A stretch of DNA of 64,000 nucleotides from Mustelus asterias (GCF_964213995.1 NW_027590123.1:2356001-2420000), one strand, 5' to 3'. Counted from the first letter of the stretch, positions 49,186 through 61,582 are shown. Notes: generated by a model not told the origin, from the sequence alone. Program-made: numbers and translations.

Positions 49186-52100
49186 TATTCAGCATATAAT
49201 TGAACTTTTCTTCGTATAACATTGACATTGTTTGACATTGTATTGGCCTTTTTGTCATCAAAGAATGAAATCTGTCACCGAATTTAGGATGAAATGGAAT
49301 TAATTCAGACCGAGGATAATTAGTAGCTACCCAGCAGCCTCTACGCTTTATTGACAAGTAACCAGCTGATCACCACACAGAAACCCCTGATGCATAACTG
49401 GAGTGTGTGATGATTTTCAAAGTGATGAGATAAATGAAACGACCTCTACCTCATGTGAATTCGTTGAATTTTTAAATCCCGATTCATTATTACGCTGTTT
49501 TGGGAAATAATGTAACACTTGTATTTGTCCAGTGAGTTTCACAATAATTCTGCTGCCACATTATTTACTTTTCAGACGGTTACCTTCATTAACTTGGGTG
49601 AGGGCATGAGTGATTTGTTGCATATGAAAGAGCCACATGTTTCAAATATTACAATTCTCCCTCCTCAGCCTAATCATATTCCCTACTTCTACCTTGGATA
49701 TGAAGGTTCAGCATCAGCAGTGAAATGAACCATCAGTGCCGGAGGAAAGTCTCATCCTCTTCGTGAGGAACAGCTTGCTAACTCCCGATAAACTCGGGAC
49801 GAATTTCATCCGGACACTCTGGAAGGATTGAAGGTATTAGACTGACACAAGTGGAACAAAGGAGCTGCTTCAATTTATGAAGTAGTCAAGCACAAATATG
49901 GGAATGTAAGACAGCATATTTCAGTACCATCTATCAATGCATCCATCAATCCATTCACTGATTCCTCAATCAAAATATTCAGGCATCCAACTGGGATTCA
50001 TTCAACTGCCATTCATTCAATTGTCATTCATTCCTGCATTAACACTGTCATACATTTATTGTTTGCGTAGATGGTGACGTGATATTTAATTGGGCCAGTG
50101 ATCCAGATGCACAGGACAATGATGTGAGGACGGGGATTTAAATCGGGCCGTTGCAGCTGGTGGAATGTGATTCAATTAATAAGACTGACAGAGATACTAA
50201 CGGCTACCATAGGAACTTCTCTGATTGTTCAATGAAAGAAATCTGCCATCATTACCTGGTCCCACAAGGATGTGACTCCAGCTGGACAGCAAAATTGCTG
50301 TATCTTAATATCTTCAGAAGTGGCTTAGAAAACCAGTCAGTTCAAGGGAATTTGACAGGCAAAAATGCTGGTCTTTTCATCAACTAAAACATCCCATGGA
50401 AGGATAAAGAGAAATAAACCACAAACATACATGTTCATGCCTTACAATTTTTACTGTCTCTTTCAGTCATCTCTCAGTTTGCCAGTAATTCTTTCTATCC
50501 ATCCATCACAACATCCTGATGTGTTGGAAAAATCATCATTGTTGCGAACAAGGTGTCAGAGAACCTGCATAGTTTTCGTTCTTGAGAGATGAGGAAAAAG
50601 TCATCTAAATTTATAACTTTAAAAAATTCAAGTGCCTCCAGCACTGTTGCTGGGTAGATTTGTTTATGAAAAGCCCTCGTTGACAATGTGAAGAGTTTTA
50701 AGTTGGCTTTAAGCCAAGTGGTCAGTCGTGAGGAAACACATCTTTGATTTACTGCACAAACACCCCCAGATGCTTCCTGTCAATAACTTTGAGCATTTGG
50801 CAGCAACCTGGATTGCTGCCAAACACTGTGTGGGACAGATTAGCGTGAATCGTAATGGACAAAATGGGATTCAGCCATTTAAACAATAAATGTTTCGTTC
50901 CCACAAGAAAGACACATTTTAAATTGTAAACATTCTAATCAAATATTTTCATTCATGCCCTGTTCATTATGTGACTATGTGGTATTGGAAAACAATCAGT
51001 TGACCAGATGCCGTTTCATTTGTATAACTTCCAATTAAATGTCATTCCAATAATTAAAGTCTGTTTATTAATTACTTCATGAAATGCAAGAGAGAGATGT
51101 TGATGGTCACAATTCCCCAATGAATTAAAATCAGTGCAAGGGTAAAAAATGCAAAGAAATAATATTAAAAGAACATCATAAACTGACTTGAACAGCGGGG
51201 ATTGCTGAAATATTCTGAAAGTTCTGCATCTCATTTAAACGGCAGCGACTATATACTAATTAGAACTGTGTCCCGTTGTACAGTATCATCTGATTTCGAT
51301 TATTTAACAGGCCCATTCATAGCTGCCAATGAGTGGATAAATAACCAGTTCATAAGCTGGGTTGAATGGAAGATAAAACATTTATTCCTGTGATGTTGTG
51401 TAATATGCAGCAACGTTCTGAAATCCTATGTTCCCAATACCAGTGAATGTTAGACAGCCGGTGGCCAATAAAATGAGCTGCAACGATTTGGATGTTGAAG
51501 GAGAAATTTATTGATTGCCGTGTCCGTTCCGACTCATTAAATTCTCTGTCAAAAGACAAATTCAATTTTATGTTTCTCTGTCAACTCACTGTTTAATTAT
51601 TAGGCAGGTGGGTTCGTTTTACCCCGAATTTTCACAGAACTGTGTGACGCTCAGGGACATTTTGAGAAATGTTAGGAGCCACTGTATAATGTGAAGAATT
51701 TCATGTTAGCTCCAAACATATATTGTACAGTGATAGCCATCCACACTGTAAATATAATCACTTTTTTCATCCCCGCATTTAGTTACAGAAATCGATAACA
51801 ATTCTACTGATCATAGATTCTACAGTGCAGAAGGAGGCTATTTGGCCCATCGAGCCTGCACCGACAGCAATCCCACCCAGGTCCTGTCCTATCCCCGTAA
51901 CCCCACATATTTATCCTCCTAATTCTCCTGACATTAAGGGGAAGTTTATGATGGCCAATCAATCTAATCCGCATATCTTTGGACTGGTCAATTATGCTTT
52001 ATTATTGTAACGTGATAGAGATCTGGAATTGTTGCAAAATAGACTGACAGTCTCTTTATTCTCTGAAAATGTAATTTCATCATTTTTGGATTTGTTTTCT

Positions 52101-52299
52101 TGTTAGGGGCGTGGTAATAAAAGCACTATATTTACAATGAAATTAGTTTTTTTTAAAAATAAAGAAATAATGACCTGCAATATCACCTTTAGAAATAATG
52201 GGGACGTTACAGTGAATCCATTCAGCCAAATTATTATCCCGATACAGATAAAATGTCAATTTTAATAATAACCTATTGTAAATCTGGGAGTCCATTCTG

Positions 52300-52400
52300 T
52301 TGGGGTGTGGAAGGTGGGAAGTGGATCCAGTTACCGCCTCCACCAGGGAATCAATAGGTGGGGCCTGGAAAGCCGCCCCCTTCTGCCGGGTATTTAAATG
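52300..52400 (+). promoter_or_regulatory. VH promoter: TATA box, GC box, ETS/PU.1-like site; no octamer
   Basis: TATTTAAA at 52391-52398, about 100 bp before the ATG; GCCGCCCC upstream; GGGAAGTG at about 52316. No ATGCAAAT seen, as expected for shark VH promoters. Confidence 0.55.
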
Positions 52401-52489
52401 CCGCTCACTGGGACCGGAATCCAACAGTCCGGGAGTTGATTTGTTCACTGAGTTCCTGACACAACCATTTCCCCCAAATCACCAGAAGG

Positions 52490-52535
52490 ATGAGGTCGGC
52501 GATTTCTCTCAGTTTGTTGCTGACTTTCTTATCCG
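52490..52535 (+). CDS. IgH V leader exon (MRSAISLSLLLTFLS-G)
   Basis: Hydrophobic signal peptide with phase-1 donor GTGAGT at 52536. Confidence 0.9.
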
Positions 52536-52669
52536 GTGAGTAGTTTTTTTTTTTATTGTCTAAGTCTCTCACAGTTACTGTCTCAGTTTTAGTCTATCTC
52601 TGTAATATTCCAGAGTCAAAAATTATTCCACCAGGATTAATCCTCGGGTTTTTTGATCTATTTTTACAG

Positions 52670-52989
52670 GTGTCCGGGCGCAGGTTGTGTTGACTCAGCC
52701 AGAGGCAGAGACCGGGCGTCCAGGAGGCTCCCTGAAACTGACCTGTAAAACCAGCGGCTTCGATCTTGGCAGCTACTGGATGGGCTGGATCCGACAGGTT
52801 CCCGGGCAGGGGTTGGAGTGGCTGGTTAGCTACGGTAGTTCATCAAACAACAACTACGCTCCAGCAATTAAGGATCGATTTACTGCGTCCAAAGACAATT
52901 CAAACAACATCTTCTCTTTGCAAATGACGAGGCTGAAGACCGAAGACACCGCCATCTATTACTGTACAACAGCAGTGGTAACTGGGTGG
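52670..52989 (+). CDS. IGHV: IgM-type VH exon fused in frame to D sequence (germline-joined V-D-D)
   Basis: Acceptor TTTTTACAG; [51 protein letters not shown]...KDRFTASKD...EDTAIYYC then TTAVVTGW. No 23-RSS after YYC; a 12-RSS follows instead. Confidence 0.95.
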
Positions 52990-53017
52990 CACAACAGTTA
53001 CTGTCAATACAAAAACC
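52990..53017 (+). promoter_or_regulatory. 12-bp-spacer RSS (D-type 3' signal)
   Basis: CACAACA + GTTACTGTCAAT (12 bp) + consensus nonamer ACAAAAACC. Confidence 0.88.
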
Positions 53018-53343
53018 CTCAGCACTAATTGACCGAGACTGGGTCAGTGCTCTGTTTTACCATCCAACATTATTTGCAGTGCTGTATTATTTATGTCCAG
53101 CTCTGTACAAACAGCGAGAATCAAATGGAAAATTTATGATAACTATTCAATTATCATTTGGTGTTTTCAATAACATGTTCATGTTATACCCGGTGAAATA
53201 CAAAACATAAGGGTTATTTATGTAGAGCGAACGGTATCCACAAATACAATAATAATTTCATGAATATTAATTGACTTTGCTTTTCCTCAGGTTTGTGAAT
53301 ATTTAAAATAATCGTGGCTTTTCTGTCTATTTTTTGCAGGGCC

Positions 53344-53382
53344 AGTTACTGTATGACCCAGCCAAGGGAATGTGACACTGTG
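53344..53382 (-). promoter_or_regulatory. 23-bp-spacer RSS of JH
   Basis: Nonamer position AGTTACTGT (non-consensus), 23-bp spacer, consensus heptamer CACTGTG. Confidence 0.85.
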
Positions 53383-53430
53383 ACTACTTTGACTACTGGG
53401 GACAAGGGACCATGGTGACGGTGACTGCAG
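53383..53430 (+). CDS. IGHJ: IgH joining segment (YFDYWGQGTMVTVTA)
   Basis: WGxG motif, donor GTAAGA at 53431, preceded by an RSS. Confidence 0.95.
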
Positions 53431-53699
53431 GTAAGAACCATGCAATTATTTAGTAACTGTTTTCTTTGAGCTTTTGTTTTATATTTTTTATCGATTTTAT
53501 TAATTCATTCGTTCACTGAAATGTGGTTTGGTGGATTCTGTACTAAAAGTCTTAACAAAGTTTCATGTGATTCTGCTTAAAATGGGGGTTATAAAATTCT
53601 ACTGTTAATTGACAAGGCGATGCTGAGGGATTCAATCCTTGGTTGTTGTATTTTGGTGTTTATCTGCTGAGGACATTGTGTGGCTGGGTTACTTTAAAA

Positions 53700-56600
53700 G
53701 TTACTGTCTAACTTCTGTTAAACAGTTCGACGTTTCTGCAGTGTATAAACTCGGTGACATCTAGTGGCTGCGGGTTGTACCATCTGCTGCACACGCATTT
53801 GAAATCTAACCCAATATTTTAAAAATGTGTTAAAGATTCTGTATTAATTGAGTGATCATATTCCGCTTACTCGCAATGCCGGTGTGGTTCTGACATATTT
53901 CTGTTAATTTAATTATTGATTAGTTTGGTGATAAGCGGATTGGCTGGATTTAAATTTGAGATTTGCTACCAATGTTACATTTGATTCTGTTGAAAGTGTT
54001 TGTAGAATTGAGCATTATGCGGGGCTCAGTGATGTATATTTTTTCTGTTGAGGAGATTGTGGGTCTGGGTGACTTTGAATAAGTAAAATTTTTGAAATGG
54101 TTTGGCGATTCTGCATTATTTAAACTCGGTGACACTGAGCTGTTACACACTTTGTGATTGAATACAAACAGTCTTCGCGTCTGAAACTGCTTGACGCATG
54201 ATTATATGCTGAAATCAGGCAGGCTTTATTCCATTGGTATTTTTGAAAATCATAATTGATAATTGCAGGTTAAACTAAATCACAGTTTACGCTTTTGTTC
54301 AGAATATAGTTTGCCACTGCATTCACTATTTGGTTAACCTGCAATGTTAAATCTCAGTGATTGCTGCAGCTTTTACCATCCAAATATTTAAATATGTTTG
54401 AAATATGATCCAATATGAATAAAATGTGGTAAAGTTTCCATATTAATGTGTTGGATATATTCTATCTCTTCACAATGCTATTGCTATTATTCCAGATTTC
54501 TGTTTTGTTTAATAATTCATACATTTGGTGACGAGCTGTTTTGCTGGATTCGATATTGAGATTTTCTTGCAATGTTACATTTGATTATGTTGAATGAATA
54601 ATTGAGCTGCTTCTTCATGAAGCGGAATAATTCCTTCAGTGATGTGCTTTGGAGTGGTTATGTTCAGGAGATTCTGTGGTTCGGCCACTATAATAGTTTA
54701 AAATTTGCGAAGTGATTTGGTGTTTCCGCATTGTTTCTGCATTGTTTAAACTCGGCAGCACTGAGCGGTTACACGTTTTCTGGTTGAATGCAAAGAATCT
54801 CTGAGGTCCAAAGTCCTTGTAGTAGAAAACAGGCAGGTTTTGGAAAAAAATGAAATTAAGATATCACAACATTTTTATAAATTTTAACTAATGTTTACAA
54901 ATTAAAATAAATCATGACTTACAACGTTCATTTGGACACTAAGTCATTGCTGCAATCACAAACTTCTCATTAACTGATTTGATCATAAAATTAAGATAAA
55001 TCAAACAATTATTGATCGGTAATATAACTCCATATTCACCAAAGATTTTTTTATGTTAATATCATTATTCATTAATCACCTCTAATAGTTCTGTTGTGCT
55101 TTGCACACAATTAAAATGACCAGAAAAGTTTCTGGGCTGGAAATATTTTGTGATAATTCCAGAAACTATTTCAATGATAACGTGCTGTTTCCATAGCAGC
55201 GCTCAATTCAACAAGATACTGTGCATTAGTCGTTATATCCCAGATTAAGTTCGCATTCACTGGAATACGAGTTTTGCAGAATAAGACGTTGCTTTTTGGC
55301 AATTTTTGTATCCGATTATTACATTTATTTCTGTGCAATCAGATTATTCCTTCCAAGTAATTTGTAATTGTAGACCGAGATAATTAATTACTTATCTCAT
55401 CTCAAAATTTGTGAAATGGTTTGGTGTTTCTCAATTGTTTCCGTATTGTTTCAACTCAGTGATACTGAGCGGTTACACGTTTTCTGGCTAAATGAAAATA
55501 AAACTGCGTTTGAAAATTCTTGCAGGGATAAAGGAAAAAGGTTTCGGAAAGATAAAATAATTAGATGTTTAGGCTTTTATTCATGTTAACTGATGCTTAC
55601 ATATTAAAATAAATCATGAATTACAATTCTTACAGAGACACTGTATCTCTGTTAGGGACATTACACTACCCTGAATCTGTTATATTTGAGGTGCTCATTT
55701 TCAGAAAAAATACATTTTTGCCCAGTTTTCATGATTTGAGACAGACAGGAGAGATAGTTAAAAGGCGAAGGGAGTTTTGAAATTAACATCAGGTTAATTT
55801 AAATTTTTTATTGACTTTTTTGCAGTTGTAATTTGACCTTAGATCAATTAGAATCAAACAGTTTGAATAAATTTGACAGAGCGAACAGAGTTTTCTGACA
55901 GGTGGAATTCGCTGACACTCAAGCAATTGTTAACATAATTGTGTTTGAATTGGAGTAAAGTGTCAACAGAAACTCGCTAGAGATGGGCAAGTTAATGCTT
56001 GAAATTCAAAAAGATTAATTTAAATAAAAATATTATACTATTATAAATACTACAAAAATATTCTTATCTCTGCACTTGATAATAACATCATGTCTCCCAT
56101 TACTGCTGAACACAGGATAGAATTATGGGAAGAATAAATGACACAGTTGAAGAATTGATTCTATCTGAACCTTATGTTTAATTCTTATTAAATATTATAA
56201 TGAAGAAAAAGTCTGGACTTACATTCTGCATCATGTTTTAGTGTTACAGAGGATTTGAATCAATTGTCCTCTTTGTGTTTGCACGGTTTAATTCAGATCT
56301 TCTTTAATTAAACAATGTGCTCAGTAATTAAGTTATATGGATGTTCTAAATTACTAAATCGAGGAAGCAGTATTATTGATTTCAAACTGCCAGGCCGTTA
56401 CAGTCTATACATATTCAGCAGTATGCAATTTTAACACGTTTGCAGGTTATAATAAGACATTTGTAGTAAAAGTGAAAAAGTAAAATATTACAATGTGATT
56501 AGGTTTAAGTAAATGAATGACAGATGTCTGAATGTTTCTGTTCAGTAATTTGAAATTATATTTAACATTGTCTAAGATTTAATTGTAACCTAATTATTTA

Positions 56601-57215
56601 ACAATGTTGGAGGCAGAAGCACATTTTGAATGATTGAAAACTCACTTTATTACAGAGTACAAATGAGCTGACAGGAGAACTAACTAGTAATTAACAATAA
56701 CTTAAAATATAATATTGCTGCTGATTAATTCAAAACAAACTACCTTGAATATTGTACAGGCGTGCAAAATACAATCCGTTTTAGAGAATATTCAATTGTA
56801 TCGGAAATGAATTCAGAAACAAAACATTACTTTACTCAGCTGTGCTCACTCGATAAAGTGTTTTGCTTTGATTAATTTGTTGAGTACATTTAATTAAGAA
56901 ATTAGATCTAATCAGGTAATGATTTTCAATCTAAATGTTTCTTGATTTGGTTACTTCTTGCTGTGTCACTGCATCTCTGTTAGGGACATTGAACTGTCCT
57001 GAATCTGTTATTTTTGATTGCTCATTTTCGGCGAAATTACATTTTTACATAGTTTTCGAGAAGTGAGACAGAGGAATAATTAACAGTCGAAAGGAGTTTT
57101 GAAATGAAATGAATATCAGTTTAATTTAAAATAGGTTATTAATTTTCTGTTGTTGTAAGTTGGCCATTGATCAATTAGAATCCAACAGTTTGAATGAAAT
57201 TGACAGATTGAACAG
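53700..57215 (+). repeat. Degenerate long-period direct repeats downstream of JH
   Basis: AAACTCGGTGACACTGAGCGGTTACAC-like motif at about 53745, 54120, 54748 and 55452; blocks 53925-54200/54524-54800 and 55637-55885/56966-57215. Confidence 0.7.
53752..53770 (-). promoter_or_regulatory. Candidate CTCF site (reverse) downstream of JH
   Basis: Minus strand CAGCCACTAGATGTCACCG resembles the CTCF consensus; motif evidence only. Confidence 0.35.
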
Positions 57216-57298
57216 ATCTATCTGCTGGGCACTCGATTGTTGCACCGTTTATGTCTGTTCTGTTTCTGTGCGCGTGGTCACAGTGTTGGGGCCAGGAA

Positions 57299-57324
57299 AC
57301 ACACACACACACACACACACACAC
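57299..57324. repeat. (CA)n microsatellite
   Basis: Direct inspection. Confidence 0.9.
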
Positions 57325-58244
57325 ATGCACTATCCCTCCCACATTCCCGTACTCTCACTTCGCTAAGTTTCTCTGTTTGTGTATGGATGATATTTGTGGG
57401 TTGAAAGCTTTAAGCTTTGAGGTTTTCTGTCTGTGATTTAAATCAAACAGATTTTTAAAAAGGAAGTGTCATTAATAAAGCTTTTTTTTTCAGAAGTTAT
57501 GAACCTGGAGCCATATTTACTGGCCAGAGACAGGATTCCAGGATATTTCACTAAACATGTGGGAATTTTAATCCGGATACAATTCACTCATGAGAATGAG
57601 AGTTTTAATTTGTAATGGTTATTTAAAATTTGACACATGTGAAATGATTCTGACCAATCCTGTGTTGGATTGATCTTGGGTTAAACTTCCTGTCAGGTCC
57701 AAAGATTTATTCCTGACACAATTAACACAATGAAAAGGAAAATTCTGGAATTGGATACTGAAGAAAAGAGTTTAAAAGGAGAGATTATTAAATAGAAATG
57801 ATTCCCAGACCGTGTGGTCATTAGATTAAAACAAAGGAAGGGTGCTGACGTCCATTTGAGAACTTTTAATCCACCCCTTTTCAAACTAAGGGAGTCTATG
57901 TACAAAGAAAACGCCAAGGATGGTAGATAAGGGGGTCTGGAAAACATCATGATGGGGGCACCTATCTGTTCACGAGATGATCACAAAGCCCCATGATGTC
58001 CAAATACTAATTTCATTGCACCTTTCGGTAATGTATGTAATCTATCACCATTCTGATTGGATTGTGTCCAGCCGGGATGGGCTGAGTAACTGTACAAGAA
58101 TTGATGATTTTCTTTGTTGGGTGGAGTTACACATGGTCAGCCCCTGTGGCTTCTCCCCGCTGGCCTAGCTCAATAAACTGTTTGTTGAATCAGGTTTAAG
58201 TGTTGAATGATTCTTCTGAGTTCATTCACCCCAACACACTGGGT

Positions 58245-58391
58245 ACATTACCACTTCATCCATGGGAGTGGTCTGATAGGCCGTGGTCCAGACTAAATGT
58301 GGCCTTTGGGGGGCCTTTCATGAATCACATGTTTGCTTGTTGTAGATGCACATTCAAAATGCTTGGAAGCACAGATCATGAGTAATATTAC
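58245..58391 (+). mobile_element. Gypsy LTR-retrotransposon integrase relic
   Basis: PLHPWEWSDRPWSRLNVAFGGPFMNHMF, frameshift, VVDAHSKCLE matches the Gypsy integrase N-terminal core motif. Confidence 0.8.
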
Positions 58392-59064
58392 AGGGCAATT
58401 AGGACTAGCTTAGTGGTAAAAACTGGGCGGCATGGACAAGTTGGGCCGAAGGGCCTGTTTCCATGCTGTAAACCTCTATGACTCTAACTACCTTTTTTGT
58501 GGCCTGAAGTTCCCACAATTGGAAAGCAGCCAGATTAGTTAAATAGACAGCATTAATTGTGAGACAATTAAATAATAAATGATTCATTAATATATATGTT
58601 ATGAAGGCTGGAAATGTAAATTTGAACACAAGTTTATAACTTTTAGAATTATAAACACATTAAGAATGGTTAAAATGCTGTGGGAATTATCAGATGTTCC
58701 CTTCTCATGCTGACAGAATAAAGAAAGATGAAAGGACTTGTTAACCTTGACTGGAGGGAATGAATCGGCTCCTGTTCAAGATGTCTCAACATTGAATGAC
58801 TGATGTGAACCAATTATTGGTTGACACTCAGGCTACCCCAAGCTAAGAGATATCGTTTGAGAGAAAGAATTGTCTTAAAATTAAGACAATGTGCGCAATT
58901 AGCTAAAAACCAAACCAATGTCATTATTGACAAGTTATAGACCAATTGGCTCATTCCCAACAATTAGCTGAGGATGGCTTTCTACATTTTGAAAGTATAA
59001 AAAGGGGGATTCGAGAAACCAATTTGGTAGAAGTTTTTAAAAGTTAACTTTGTTTATATAGTTT

Positions 59065-59600
59065 GTTTATTAGTGTCACACATAGACTTACATTAACATT
59101 GCAATGAAGTTACTCTGAAAATCCCCCAGTCGCCACACTCTGGCGCCTGTTCGGGTAAACTGAGGGAGAATTTAGCATGGCCAATGTACCCAACCAGCAC
59201 GTCTTTTGGACTGTGGGAGGAAACTGGAGCACCCGGAGGAAACCTGCACTTTACTGTTCAAAAATCTATCTATCCTTGCCTTAAAAACATTCAATGAGGC
59301 AGCCTCAACTGCTTCACTGGGCAGGGAATTCCACAGATTCACAACCCTTTCTGTGAAGAAGTTCCTCCTCAACTCAGTCCTAAAGCTGCTTCCCTTATTT
59401 TGAGGCTGTGTCTCCTAGTTGTAGGTTAGGGGGATGAGCAGGGTAAATACTTGGGGTTATGGGACAGGTCTGGATGGGATTGCCCTGTGTGTCAGGGGGA
59501 TTATATGAGGTTACAAGGATAAGGCCTGTGTGGGATTGTTATCAGTGCAGACCTGATGGGCCAAATGGCCTCCTTCTGCACTGAAAGGATTCTATGATTT
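59065..59600. mobile_element. Composite of SINE (minus), CR1 3' fragment (minus) and SINE tail (plus)
   Basis: SINE core 59065-59245, RRNFFTERVVNLWNSLP 59245-59420, SINE tail 59420-59600. Confidence 0.7.
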
Positions 59601-60544
59601 CAGAGAATTGTGAAATTGGAGATTACTGAGATAGGGAGGGATAAGGTCATGGAGGAATTTGAAAATAAGGATGTGAATTTTAAAATTGAAACATGACTTG
59701 ACTTAAAGCCGATGTAGGCTTTATGGATGAATAGGATTTGGATGAATAGGATTTGGTGTGAGAAAGCAGATGGGCGGCAGAGTTTTGGATGATCTCACAT
59801 TTCTATGTGGGGAGTGGGGTGAATGTGAGAGGCTGCTCAGAAATGTATTGGAATCATCAAGACTAAAGATAACAGATGGAGTGGAGACTGTGGACATTAT
59901 GGAGATTGAAATATTTGGTATTAGTGATGGGATGGATATGTGGTCAGAAACTCATCCTGTTGTTAAATCTGACACCAAGGCCTGAATTTTTCATCCGTTG
60001 GGCACACTCACACGGGAGTGCCTGGAAACGGGTGTAATCAGCCCTGGAAATCGGCCCCAGAAAGTGATCTCATGCTGGCTGGCTGATTAACGGGCAGTCA
60101 GTGTGAAACGTGCACTGGGAAAGGCTCAGTGCTGCCGGGGAGGGAGGGAAGGGGACGGGGAGGGAGGGAAGGGGACGGGCACTGAGGAAAGCGAGGGTGC
60201 TGTTGGTATTTCCAATACACTCCCTCAGGGGGACAGCTGCTGCGGAGCCTGTCTCTCAGCTACTGACCTGTAAAAAATAAACTGCGATGGAGCTCCTCAC
60301 ACTTGTTGGAGGTGAGGATGGAGGAGATGGGGAGAGGGAGAACCCTTCAAAAGGAATTAACTTCTGTTAGCAGTATTTAAAAGACGCAAGACACTGTGTT
60401 TAACACAAAGCTGATTTATTTGACTCTTATCCAGAATATTTACACCTATAACCGGCCTGGTGTTCATTAACATCAGCAGGACCAGACTCCAGTGAATAAT
60501 CTTCAATCCTGCAGGTGATTCACAGCAAAACCCAATCACTATAG

Positions 60545-61582
60545 TTACTTGTGGCCTCGCTGGTGTCTCAGCAGATGGGATGACTGAGTGAATCCCCTCC
60601 CACACACACAGCAGGAGAACGGTTTCTCCCTGGTGTGAATGCGCCGGTGTTTCAGCAGATTGGATGAGTGATTGAATCCCTTCCCACACACAGAGCAGGT
60701 GAGCGGCCTCTCCCCAGTGTGAATTCTCTGGTGTACAGTGAGCTGAGATGATTTCCTGAATCCAGTCCCACAGTGAGAGCATCTGAACGGTCTCTCGTCA
60801 GTGTGAATACGTTGATGGGTCACCAGTTCCCCAGAACTTTTAAAGCACTTCCCACAATCCAGGCATTTAAATGGTCTCGCGTCAGAGTGAACCCGTTGAT
60901 CGGATGTCAGTTCCACAGAACTTTTAAAGCACTTCTCACAGTTCAGGCATTTAAAAGGTCTCTCATCAGTGTGAACTCGCTGATGTTTCAGTCGGTGAGA
61001 TGACTGAGTGAATCCCTTCCCACACACAGAGCAGGAAAATGGTTTCTCCCCAGTGTGGATTCGCTGGTGTTTCAGCAGATCAGATAACTGAATGAATCCA
61101 TTCCCACAATCGGAGCAGGTAAATGATCTCTCTCCAGTGTGAATTCGCTGATGTGTCATCAGGTGGGATGACTGAGTGAATCCCTTCCAACACACAGAGC
61201 AGGTGAATGGCCTTTCCCCAGTGTGACCACGTTGGTGTCCTAACAGATTGGATAACTGAGTGAATCCCTTCCCACACTCAGAACATGTGAATGGTCTCTC
61301 CCCATTGTGATCTCGCTGGTGTTTTAGCAGACTGGATGACTGAGTGAATCCCTTCCCACACTGAGGGCAGGTGAATGGTCTCTCCCCAGTGTGACTGCGT
61401 CGATGAGTTTCCAGGTCAGATGGATAACTAAACGCTTTCCCACAATCCCCACATTTCCACAGCTTCTCCCCAGTGTGACTGTGCTTGTGTCTCGACAGGC
61501 CAGATGATCGACTGAAGCCTCGTCCACACACACAACACGTGTATGGTTTCTCCTCACTGTGAACAGTGCTTTTTCCTTCCAT
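60545..61582 (-). CDS. Tandem C2H2 zinc-finger protein, 345 aa, 12 fingers (finger 8 degenerate)
   Basis: Uninterrupted ORF with CxxC-x12-HxxxH units and TGERPF/TGEKPF linkers; splice acceptor TTTCACAG at 61692 upstream of the ATG; no effector domain in this exon. Confidence 0.93.
   Translation of the reverse strand: MEGKSTVHSEEKPYTCCVCGRGFSRSSGLSRHKHSHTGEKLWKCGDCGKAFSYPSDLETHRRSHTGERPFTCPQCGKGFTQSSSLLKHQRDHNGERPFTCSECGKGFTQLSNLLGHQRGHTGERPFTCSVCWKGFTQSSHLMTHQRIHTGERSFTCSDCGNGFIQLSDLLKHQRIHTGEKPFSCSVCGKGFTQSSHRLKHQRVHTDERPFKCLNCEKCFKSSVELTSDQRVHSDARPFKCLDCGKCFKSSGELVTHQRIHTDERPFRCSHCGTGFRKSSQLTVHQRIHTGERPLTCSVCGKGFNHSSNLLKHRRIHTREKPFSCCVCGRGFTQSSHLLRHQRGHK

Larger units (their letters stand above)
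42019..52950 (+). repeat. Tandem segmental duplication, copy 2 (ends in the intact VH)
   Basis: See copy 1. The junction at about 42019 joins VH FR3 to sequence homologous to 29740. Confidence 0.85.

Noticed and set aside
52687-53028. 113-aa ORF as a stand-alone secreted single-V protein
   Set aside because: The tail [12 protein letters not shown] is read-through of the RSS, and the real start is the leader exon at 52490. A sterile VDD transcript is possible but unsupported.
59978-60350. GC-rich segment starting GGCCTGAATTTT as a DNA-transposon end or CpG-island promoter
   Set aside because: No matching second terminus or TSD found; cannot be classified from sequence alone.
60357-61557. Alternative-frame ORFs overlapping the ZNF gene
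   Set aside because: By-products of the repetitive zinc-finger codon pattern.
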